DNA of 64,000 bases from Paraspadella gotoi (taxonomy: Eukaryota; Animalia; Chaetognatha), in contig CM119270.1 in the NCBI GenBank assembly GCA_051294375.1, forward strand, positions 16,053,452-16,117,451, read 5' to 3'. This document shows, one piece after another, positions 49,673 through 64,000 of the stretch. Each line of letters opens with the position of its first letter. Positions within the stretch are counted from its first letter, which is position 1. Below the pieces are notes generated by a model. It searched no databases. It was given only the letters and a program-made list of their open reading frames with translations, and was not told the origin of the DNA. A program made the translations under genes and the position numbers.

Positions 49673-52439
49673 TGAGTTCTACGTGAGTTCGTCAACTGTC
49701 AAGCCTAACTACGGCCCTTGTTCAATCCCTCGGGAGCCACAGTCCCGCCGTGGGACATCCTCTTGGCCTTCAAATGCCGAGACCACGCGCCATGGGACAA
49801 TCTCTTCTGCTCGGCTATTCAAGTGAGTTCGAGAGTCCCGCGGACCCGCCCCATTGACAAATTGTTTTCACATGCGACAATCCAGAGCGGTACTTAGGCT
49901 CAGAGAAGAAACTTCCCCTTACCTGCAGACGCGTGCTCGTAGAGGAGTAGTTCGAGTCGACCTGCGGGACCGCGAACCTACCAATGGTTCGACGCACTGC
50001 ATTAACCGGTGATTTGAAAGCCGCAGTCCCGCCTGTGGACCCGCTACNNNNNNNNNNNNNNNNNNNNNNNNNNNNNNNNNNNNNNNNNNNNNNNNNNNNN
50101 NNNNNNNNNNNNNNNNNNNNNNNNNNNNNNNNNNNNNNNNNNNNNNNAGAAGAAGTAGATGGACCGCAGTCCCACCATGGGACAACCACGCAGCATTCCA
50201 ATACCAATCTTTCAATTCGAACCAAACCCCGCGGCCGTCTTGCTTTTCATGCCTGTCCCGCGTGTTTAAAACTAGCTACACGGGGACGGGCTCACCCTAA
50301 CACTTTTGTTACTCTCACCATGGAGTCCTCAAACATTGGGAATAAAATACATGTTATTACTATGCTTAATTGGGCCATGAATCTTGTAGGCCAGTCCAAA
50401 GGATAACATCAAAGCACATCCCGTACCCTCTTCCGACCCCCCGACCGCAGTTGGTGATCTGACGATCAATTTACGCGGCCGTAAACGTTTTTTCCATGAC
50501 TTCTCCGGCCGAATTCCGCAGTAACTAGTCGTTCAACTCCCGATGATTCGCGGAACTTTTGTGCATCGATCCGCGAAGGTAAAAACTGACGCTGAATCAA
50601 CCATTGCGTGTGACCAAAAGCCGCCCCCCCTTTTGGGGGGGGGGCAAGCGCTGCCCTGTCCGTTCAGGCGTCCTCAGCGCGCCGAGCCACAGCACGCCGA
50701 AGTTGTTTTATTTGAAAACCATCAAATTCCCCGGGACCTAGCGAAGGTCCCGAAGGATAGCGGCAAAGGCCCGAGTTTCCCCGAAAGCCCTGCCATCATA
50801 CTGCGGAAATAGATACCGGGTGAGGCTGCGACTGTTTTGAGAGAAGGACGTATGTTGCGAATAAAACGTAGCAGAAGCCCCTTTGACAGGGGATATTTAC
50901 GAATATGCATCCGGAGCTTTTTAATCTTTGTCGCCCATTTCGGACCTGCACTACCCAAGGCCCGGACTTTTCCCGCTCACCCCCCGCGCTTTGGTAGATT
51001 GATGAAAGGGTAGGCGGGCAAGATTTCCCAGCCCGTTTTTTGCATTTCGTTGGGAGAACACCTTCAAAGCCACATATGCCGAGAAAATTGTATTCAGTCC
51101 CGTGTTAATAGCTCGCTCTTGCCGACACGAGAAGATATCAAGAAGCGATGGTCGTCCTCGTGGGTTCCGAAAGAGGGGACGTAGTGACTTTAAATCTTGT
51201 CCTAAACCCCGTTTTTTGGTCAGGGTAAAACCTTGGTCTGTCTGACGCGTTTTTGCCTTGTGTACGCGCCGGATTGTCATCCCAGATCACCCTATCTAAT
51301 CTCTGACGGCTTCAAAATTCCCGGCGGGCGACGAGGTCACATAACGTAGACTTCGAGGCTGGAGACGCTACACTGCGCGTGTAGGGACCGTCGATAGGGA
51401 CAAAAAACTATTTCAAGTTTTTTTGCTTCAAAGGCGTATTCTGCGCTGAAACCGGAATGGCAGAAAAGCCATGAACCGGCCAATGTGAACAGAATACGCA
51501 ACACCGTAGCGCGAAGTAGCGGTCGTCCATCCAACTACGTAGATCATCCGGGAGTTTAGCTTTGGGGAATCTGTAAGCAGGAAAAAGGTTATTACCCCGT
51601 ACAGGCCCCTTCACGGAAATTTATCCAGCGATGTACCTACTGTACCCTCCCCTCCCTACGAAATTACCGTAGGAGAAGGAGTACGAACCACAGGAGACCG
51701 GGACCGAGTTGTGGGAAGAAGATGGGCTGTTGAAAGGGGTAAGAAGAGATCAATAAGAATCTCAACAGCGGTTCCGCCTCTACCGACCCTCTCTTCCATC
51801 TGCTCCGAGGCCGTTGTTCATTATTTTCCGGGCTTCGTGGGAAATCTCATTAGCGGGCATGCAGGGGCATCGGGCCAGTTTTTTCCATCAAGAATAGCGC
51901 ACAGTTTTTTGTCTTGCGCGCCTGCGAAGGTCCTCTCCCCGTAGTTTGAAAGCGTCGTCATTGGAACCCCGTGCGTGTTCCAAAGTGTTTCACGAAGTCG
52001 TGCATAGGTTGCGTTGCAACCAATTGCAATTCATTTTTCGGAAACAACGGGTAAGCAGTCTCTTTTCCACAGCGATTTTTACCATTTTTCGTTCGCGGAT
52101 TTGCCCATGTATTCCTTTCCGCGGGGTTTTCTCGTGGTAATTTTTGTTACATTCGAGCAAGTAACCATAGTTGCAAAAACACAAAATGTCGAATCCCTTG
52201 CTGCGAGATCGTCATAGCCTACCTAATAGTCAATTATGGCCATCCTCAGTCACGGTAGAGAAAAGTATAGGTCACCACGCGTGAAACTTAGGACTGACTT
52301 TACCGGTCCGTATTTTCCCTTCCCCAACGATCGAGACCAAACACCAGGGGATTATTTATTCTTCAAATATCGACTGCTTTACCAAAGAGCTTTTCATATC
52401 GCGGGTATTTGTTGATATTTCGTCGCCTGGATTTCGAAT

Positions 52440-53420
52440 GCCGACAACAGGCCAGTCAAGGGTCGATACCCGTGCATGCACGACTATTTTTTTAAAATAT
52501 TTTATTTTTTTTTTAACCCCGGATCCCTTGAGGTCAGGCGATCCGGCATATCTGCCTTAATATTAGAAAAATGCGATGGCGGACATGAGAAAAAGGCCTT
52601 AGAGAGAGAGGAACCAGCTTCCTCATCGCTCATAGATATCCAACTTAGAAGAGACGCCAAGCTGACGTCACGGCGGGTCCACGGGTGATACCCGCTCATG
52701 CAACTTTTAAATATATATATTTAATTTTTACAATGCGACGATCAACGGAGTCCACGGACATTATCTGCTGGATAATTTATATTACAAATGGACGGTCGCG
52801 GGAATTTGAAGAAAAGCCTTAGGCGAGGGAGCGAAGGACCAGCTTCGCGATCGTGAATTTTCCCCTTAAGAGAAGCGGCCGCACTGACGGAGTCACGGCG
52901 AGTCAACGCTTCGATTACCCGTGCATGCAACCCACTTTTTTTAAATATTTTATTTTTTTTTAACCCGCCGGATCGCCCTGACGGAGTCACGGCGATTCTC
53001 GCGGACATTATCTGCGCTTATTTTATATAGAATAATTGGCGACGGCGCGGGACAGAGAAAAGGCTGGCCCGCGCTTTTCTCTTTATACCTACGACATCCC
53101 CGTTACCGTAAATTGAAACGAAGCGAAATGAAGCCGGGTTTTGAACGTTCCTGTTTCATGAAATCTCCCCCGCGATCGCCCTGACGGAGTCACGGCGAAT
53201 CACGGATCGAATCCCACGCATAGCACAACTTTTTATTATTTTTTTAACACGTTTTGCCAGTCTCGCTTGCCTCGATCACTGCGGGAATCTTCAAAGTGAA
53301 TGAACCAGGGTCCGACCGTTCACCGTTTCCATGAAAATTCTCCGCCCGCGATGCCCTGACGGAGTCACGGCGTATCACAGATGAATCCCACGCATGCACC
53401 ACCTCTTTTAATATTTTTCT
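52440..53420 (+). repeat. Degenerate tandem repeat with units of about 170-300 bp
   Basis: Recurrent cgatacccgtgcatgca (about 52464, 52686, 52911, 53208, 53382) and gccctgacggagtcacggcg motifs. The sequence is noisy. Confidence 0.65.
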
Positions 53421-55539
53421 AACAGCCGGTCTCCGTCTGCTTGCTCCATCAACGCGCGGGAATCTCAAATCTGCGTCGAACGATCGCCGGGATCGCGCGA
53501 AAATCCGTCTATCGTATAGTGACACGTTGCCGCGCCCAGCGCTGCTCACGAAATCAGCGGCGGAATCTCAAATCTGCGGTCGACGTGCGCCGGTGAACCG
53601 CGACAGAACCATCATGGTCTACAGAAAGACCGTGCCGTCGTTGCCCCTCTACCCAGATTCCTGGGGAGGAGGAGCGTGACGGTCAAGGACCAATGCCCGT
53701 CTCCGGGCGATCAAAAGTCCGACGCAGACAACGATGGCTCTCAGTCCCGAAGCCAGGTCGGGCGCGATACCACGCTGCCTGCCTCTACACATAGGAAATT
53801 CGATTCATACGAGGTTCCAACCCAATACGGAATACGTTAAAGAAGGTCTCTTTATGAGCCGCTATAGAAAAGAAGACCAAGTGAACTTCTTTTCTTATAT
53901 TTTATATCGATAGATGTGGAAATGACTGGGAATATTGTAAATCTCAATTTCGCTTAAATCGGACTCAGACATTGTGGAGAAATCTTCACACAGGAAACCC
54001 ATCAAAATTCCCACCCATGTTTTTCAACCATTCTCGCGCTTTTAAGAATTTTTTCAACCGATTTCTGATTCCTCTTACAAACTTGATAATTCCCGCTAGT
54101 TATTTTTTTTCCTTTAAAACGATAGCGAAGGGAATCCATAACTATTCTGTTATTTGTAATGATTTCTGCGTAAAAAAAATATAATGAATAACATTAACAT
54201 TTGGGATATTAATGAAAAGTAAAATGTCTGTGAAGCCGGTGAGAGTTAAATAATTAAAGATTCGCCTATTTAATTATGAAAATGACATTACAGGTGAAGT
54301 AGTTGGAACGTCTTCCAGCTCATTTCAGTACATCCTGTTTCTCTAACATAAATAAATGTTTATTTTTGGCTGGTGGAAGAAGATATAGTTAGGCTGTGAT
54401 GGGTGATTAATTTTTGTAGAATTCTTTGGTAAGCCATGCCTTGTAATATCAGTGAAGCAAATATTTAAGTGAAAAAAAATTTATATTTTCTTTATCCAAA
54501 AAACTTTAAAAGTTTTACTATAAGTAAATTTAGCCATTTTTCTTTCCCGAATCACTAAAAAGGAATTATATTTTCATTTATTTTTATGGGGTTTATTTAG
54601 TTTTAAAAATTCATTATAATTTTGAACTTAGTTTGACACTTCACCCTGTAAAGAGGTTTCAGCAAAAATAATTCGCTATATTGTAACTTGTAGTGTGCCG
54701 TAAATGATATGGCTTCATTTTGGTACCTATTGCCATCCCATGTATCTTTTGTTCTTCAAGAAGATATCAGGGAAAAATCAGTTTTTTCTCTCAAACCTTT
54801 CCTTTTAATTTCTTAGTAATAAAAATTTCATGTTGTCAACTAGACGCAAGTGGACTTATAGATGTTGGTTTACTATGAAGAGTTTGGTCAAGTAATGAAA
54901 AGGAAGAAATTTGGCTAACTCTTGAGACAAGAGGCTTTTAAATCTCAAATTCGAAGTAATATTTATAATGTTTAACATACTAACGCCCCGTTTACAATTT
55001 TTGAAAAGCAAAATTCCCTTTCATTTTATATATAAAAACAAGGTTTGAAATTCTCTCGGAAGATGACTAGTGCATTTCCCCTGGCCTTGTTTGATATTAA
55101 ATCACTTTATCAAATGCCATAAAGACGAATTTGGCTAGCTACTTAAGATATAACCTATTCGGAATCGTGTTTTTACATGTTTTAAACCGAATTTCTGGCA
55201 ATGCTCGTTTGCAATTTTTTTTTTGGGGGTTTAAGTCAGATTTTAACGGAAGATCTCTAATTAGAGAAAAAATGTTGAATTTTTTTTAAGCGAGATTCTC
55301 GTCACTCTCTTATAAGGGTAGGAGAGACACTCAAATTTCCCAGAAAAGTCAAGACCCTTCCCCAAAATATATAAGAATCTCTGTTTAGGGAGAAAAAACT
55401 TTTTGTCCGGGAGCCAAAACAATGAAAGGCGTTTTAACATAGGATCTATTGCGTTTGGAACCTCGTAACAGGCCGATTTTAGGCGTGGACACGGGCAGGC
55501 AACAAAGAAAGTACTACGAAATCAAAATAGTAATATTTG

Positions 55540-56189
55540 TACTACGGGTTGGGTTGAGCAGTTTACACAACGGTAAAAAAATACTAAATATTTGAACTAC
55601 AGGGTTAGGGTTTAGCAGTTTACGTTGATATTTAAATGAAAATAAATACAATGTATGAGATTCTTGCTAGGGTTAGGGTTGAAGAGTTTTACAAAAAATA
55701 TAAAAAATAAGGACGTATTGAGTTTTTCGAGTTAGGGTTAGGGTTAGGGAGTTTACAAACGCGTTTTTTTAGCTAGGGTTAGGTGAAGAGTTATCAAATA
55801 TAAAAATATGGACATATTGAATTTTTAGTTAGGGTTAGGGTTTGGGAGTTTACAAACGCGTTTTTTTAGCTAGGGTTAGGGTTGAAGAGTTTACAAAACA
55901 ATAAAAATAAGGACGTATTGAGTTTTTTGAGTTAGGTTAGGGTTTGAGAGTTTTACAAATGCATTTTTTAGCTTGACGTATGAGATTCTTGATTTAGGGT
56001 TAGGGTTAGGGTTGAATATCGTTATCAAAGCATGGGTTAGGGTTAGAGAGTTTACAAATTGTTGTTTAGGGTTAGGGTTGAGTAGTTTTAGTAGATATGT
56101 TTGGATTTTTGAGTTAGGGTTAGGGTTGAGTAGTGTAGGTTTAGGGTTAGGGTTAAAGCAAAATGGCGATTTCGCACTGAACTACATCT
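55540..56189 (+). repeat. (TTAGGG)2 satellite with AT-rich spacers
   Basis: Units such as tagggttagggttgaagagtttacaaa. It ends in GGCGATTTCGCACTGAACTACATC. Confidence 0.85.
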
Positions 56190-56192
56190 AGC

Positions 56193-57314
56193 GTTCTAGT
56201 TATGGCGATTTCGCCTAAAATAAACTTCAGATTAGGGTTTAGGGTTAGGGTTGAGTTGTTTTAGGGTTAGGGTTGAGTAGTAGTAGTTAGGGTTAGGGTT
56301 GAGTAGTTTAGGGTTAGGGTTGAGTAGTTTAGGGTTAGGGTTAGGGTTGAGTTAAGTTAAGTTTATTTTAGGCTTATTATTAATGTCAATTTTAGGGATA
56401 GGGGTAGGGAGGGTGTTGTTGATGACCAAGAGGCCCGCGTTAGGGTTAGGGTTGAGGCACGGAGATGTACGGGAGGCCTGGGCGGTTTAGGGTTAGGGTT
56501 GGGAGAGGGCCCGTGGGTTATATATCGAAGGCAATTAGGTTAGGGTTGAGGTACGGAGATGTACGGGAGGCCTGGGCCCGGTTTAGGGTTAGGGTTGGGA
56601 GAGAGGCCCGTGGGTTATATATCGAAGGCAATTAGGGTTAGGGTTGAGGTACGGAGATGTAGCGGGAGGCCGGGCCTGGTTTAGGGTTAGGGGAGAGGCA
56701 TGGAGTTGAACGGGAGGCTTGGTTTAGGGTTAGGGTTGCGGGAGGGACCCATGGTTGATTCATCGAAGGCGGTTAGGGTTAGGGTTGAGGCACGGAGATG
56801 TACGGGAGGCTGGGCCTGGGTTAGGGTTAGGGGAGAGGCATGGAGTTGAACGGGAGGCTTAGTTTAGGGTTAGGGTTGGGGAGGGGCCCGTGGTTGATGC
56901 ATCGAAGGCGGTTAGGGTTAGGGTTGAGGCACGGAGATGTACGGGAGGCTGAGTCTGGGTTAGGGTTAGGGGAGAGGCACAGAGTTGAACGGAAGGCTTG
57001 GTTTAGGGTTAGGGTTGGGGGAGGGGCCCGTGGTTGATGCATCAAAGGCGGTTAGGGTTAGGGTTGAGGCATGGAGATGTACGGGAGCCCCAGGCCCGGG
57101 TTAGGGTTAGGGGAGAGGCACAGAGTTGAACGGGAGGTTTGGTTTAGGTTAGGTGTGGGAGAGGAGCCGAAGGTGATGCTCATCCCCGTGTTAGCTGCGC
57201 TTTTCATTATATTCGCTACTTTTATCACTGGCGAGGTCGCCAGTGGGGGGACTGGCGACATCGCCAAAACCCTGGGCGATATCGCCATGGCGAAGTCGCC
57301 AACCAACTAGAACC
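56193..57314 (+). mobile_element. TIR-bounded non-autonomous element filled with a (TTAGGG)2+spacer higher-order satellite
   Basis: Left end GTTCTAGTTATGGCGATTTCGCC and right end GGCGAAGTCGCCAACCAACTAGAAC. About 16 internal units of 43-49 bp. Confidence 0.65.
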
Positions 57315-59875
57315 TTAATTATTAACTTATTATTAAACTAATTATTTAACTTATTTTATTTATTTACAATTAACAAATTATTACGAAACCTTAATAAAAT
57401 TTCTCTAAAATTAATAAGCTGTGATGCCAGGGCTTTGGTCTGTTTCAGATAAACAAGATATATACCTTTAAAATATAAGATAAAGCAACAATGAAGGATC
57501 ACCATTTGGTGATGGCTCGCCTATACCTGGATATTGGGATTAAAGAGCCGAAATCCATGAAGGGTATAGGTTCCCAACTGATGACCTTCCCATTGTATAA
57601 ACATAAAAGATAAAAAATATTCAAAAAAGAAATAATTAAAAATAGGATAAAGAAAAAATAAAATTTTCATTAAAGTATTTTAAAATTATATTCATGACAT
57701 AAAGGTGCCCCTATAGACCTTTCCCCAGTATGTATCCCTATCAGAACATACAATTCTACATGGTAGTCTTATCCCTATTGGTAAAAAAATCATATATAAC
57801 GTTGGTCCCTCAAAAAATTATCCATTCCCACCCCTTTCTGTTCAGTCCTCTTAGATATTATGATTTTTCATTAATGACTTTCTAACAGAAATGATGTGTG
57901 ATATCTATTAGAAAAACTAGGACAGATAGTAATCTAACCTTGTGTTGCATAGATGCTCCCTCTATTTCCAGAAGACAACACTGACTTCCCTCCCAAATTG
58001 TATTATTAGATAAATAAAACATTTTTAAAAAAAGAAAGCAATATATGTTTGAATAAATAATATAGATTAAATACTAAATCCTTCATAAAAATATCAAAAT
58101 ATTACAATAGAAAAATGAAAAGAAAATAGTGAAACAAGTAATTTGCAAATTTTCATAAAGAACCAAAGAAATGATGATCCGATTCAACTGGTTTAATTTA
58201 GTCCTAACAAAAAATTAATTGGCTAAACATTACTTTCGCCGACCTGGGTTTTGGCGTATTTTGAAAAATCATTTAAAAATATTTATCTTTGGCAATGATA
58301 GAATCCGTTTTACCCTCTAGGAAACTTCTTATCAGCTTTTTCAAACCAGTGCAGGGACGATTAGGCAAAAATTGTGTCGCCTTCTTTCTTCTTGATGAGG
58401 ATGACGTGATGATCCAAAAACATCCTTCCCTTCCCTAGCCTTAGTTTAAATTTTGACTAGAAAAATAATTTTTCTATACCTTTAAATTTAAAATGGCATG
58501 AAAGTTTGTTACAGATATGTTCAAGGATTTGCAAACACGGGCAGCGCAGTCTTCATCCTTCAACATCTTTTGATAGCGTCTTTAGTGATTGAGGTCGCCA
58601 TGAATTTGAAAAATAAAAAGCTTTAAATTCATATTGATTAGTTGATGCTGTAGTAGTAGTATATTTAGCTGTAATAGTTTTCCTTAACCCCCGGCCAGTT
58701 AAGATGGTAATCGTTCAAAGGCGGTAAGTAATAAGATATAATAAGATTGTTTTATGTAGTATGTAGTGTTGTCCTATATATAGTAATATTGTAATTTAAA
58801 TAAATAACATTGTTGATGCTGTTCATTGAATTCTTATTGAAAATAAATTGGTTTTATGTAAAAAAATACATTTAAAATGCGCATGTAGTTGTTGTTTTAA
58901 AGAATGATGATAGACAAATACGGCAGATACTTCATATACTCATAACCAACAAATATTAAAATGAGTTGTTATTATTGATTAAAGTATTTTAATAGAAAAA
59001 GTATTATTTAGTAATTAAAGTACATTTTTCTCTCATACCGGAGTTTCTCGTGACTCGTTAATCTCATTTGCATATTCGAGTAAGCTGGTCCAGTGTACTA
59101 ACCTTTTGAGCATACAGTACTCGTCAGTCGAGGTTCGAATTAGCATTATATGTCAATGTGATCATATCTGCAAGGTTTTTTGAAAATCCGAGTTTAGCTT
59201 CTCGGTCTAGTATAAACTACATAATATAACAGGAAGAAAAGTTTCCGCTGTCATTATATATTAATTTTTTTGGGTATTTTGCTGAATTTATTAAATTTTT
59301 AGTCACATTATACATGATACACGTATAAAAAAGTAGTCTCTTTACCTACAGGGGGCCAGTCCCCCAACCCCTATTTTTCGCGAAATATCATCAAAATCAA
59401 AATCCCATTTTTCTTAGAATAGTAAAAACTAACCTTGTAGAAGAAGGGGGTGTAATTGAATGTAATGATGTAATGAGAAGGAAAACAAAAAAACTGATTC
59501 TCTATTAGATCTATTGGATCGCTTACTAAAAGATAAACCATCAATAGGTATGTAAAACGAGGAGCGCGGCTGCACGCGACAAACGAAACATTGACTTGAC
59601 AAGAAAGAAAAAGAAGATTCAATCACTCAATATTTTCTTTTATTATGTAATGTAATGTAAAGTAATATAATATGTATGCACAAATTCAGAGATGCAAGAA
59701 ACAAATAATATATGATTAAGTACAAATTAACAAAAAAGCATTTCCAAAAGACTCTAAAATTAACTTGACCCTTCACTCCCAACTTTTTATCTCACAATTT
59801 TTCCGAAATTGTTTCACGAATCGTTGGAGTCAAATCGGTCAGAAGGAAACAAGATCTGAAGGTCTGACGAAGTCT

Positions 59876-63648
<3,773 letters not shown>

Positions 63649-63927
63649 CTTAAGGGGAGTGGACGGGTAAGCGTTTCCGGCTTGTTGCTCTCGATTTAAT
63701 TACCCAACTTTAATTACCCAATAACGAACATATAATTTCGAATTTTCTTGTTTTTATTTACCGTCTGTTTTTATTCCGAAAGGGAAGTAAAAACTAATTT
63801 AAAAATCGTTTTTAAGATTTTTACGGTTATAACCAAACAAGTTGGTCTCCGTTATTTTTTAGTCCGCACATCCACGTTGTTTAGGAGATATTGAGGAGCT
63901 AAACTTTCCTCTATTTGTTCTCACCCC

Positions 63928-63964
<37 letters not shown>

Positions 63965-64000
63965 TCTCCCTCTCTCTCTCCATCTCACCGTGCGTGCCCA

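Noticed and set aside
49632-54184. Short ORFs in the 49.7-54 kb interval as phage, viral or transposase genes
   Set aside because: There are no recognisable motifs, all are short, and the sequence looks like uncorrected low-quality read.
56440-57180. CRISPR-like repeat-spacer array
   Set aside because: The repeat is the telomere dimer, the spacers recur in three types, there are no cas genes and the context is eukaryotic. It is a higher-order satellite.
47460-57180. True telomere or chromosome fusion site (inverted CCCTAA/TTAGGG)
   Set aside because: There are never more than 2-3 consecutive hexamers, the arrays are bounded by element-like ends, and the mirror arm is noisy like a read fold-back.
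59100-59135. CTGACGA-containing hammerhead candidate (minus strand), and another at about 59864-59886
   Set aside because: There is no proper GAAA-stem III-NUH arrangement or stem I pairing.

Overview
This window is from an animal (metazoan) draft assembly. It has many N-gaps, (CT/GA)n and (GAAA)n microsatellites and TTAGGG-type repeats. Four spliced minus-strand genes can be reconstructed by hand with consistent intron phases: (1) a class I bHLH E-protein (daughterless / TCF3-4-12 type, 947-3654); (2) an 8-exon, about 604-aa Cys/Gly/Pro-rich protein with no signal peptide (26977-30230); (3, 4) two paralogs of a cell-surface protein family I cannot assign (31516-37325 complete, 59876->63648 5'-truncated). 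The paralogs share six exons of identical length but end in different membrane anchors. Introns and intergenic DNA hold several small elements. These include minimal type I hammerhead ribozyme cassettes with Penelope-like signatures and covarying stems, and a tRNA-headed structured repeat with Helentron/HINE-like ends. There are also two copies of a 1.75-kb non-autonomous hAT-like element with 8-bp TSDs, a DINE-1/HINE-like composite, and an inverted-repeat element made of (TTAGGG)2-plus-spacer satellite. The 11.5-23.8 kb tandem copies, the 48.5-49.7 kb fold-back and the 49.7-55.5 kb stretch look like long-read gap-filling or chimera artefacts. No database search was possible, so all family assignments come from motif recognition.
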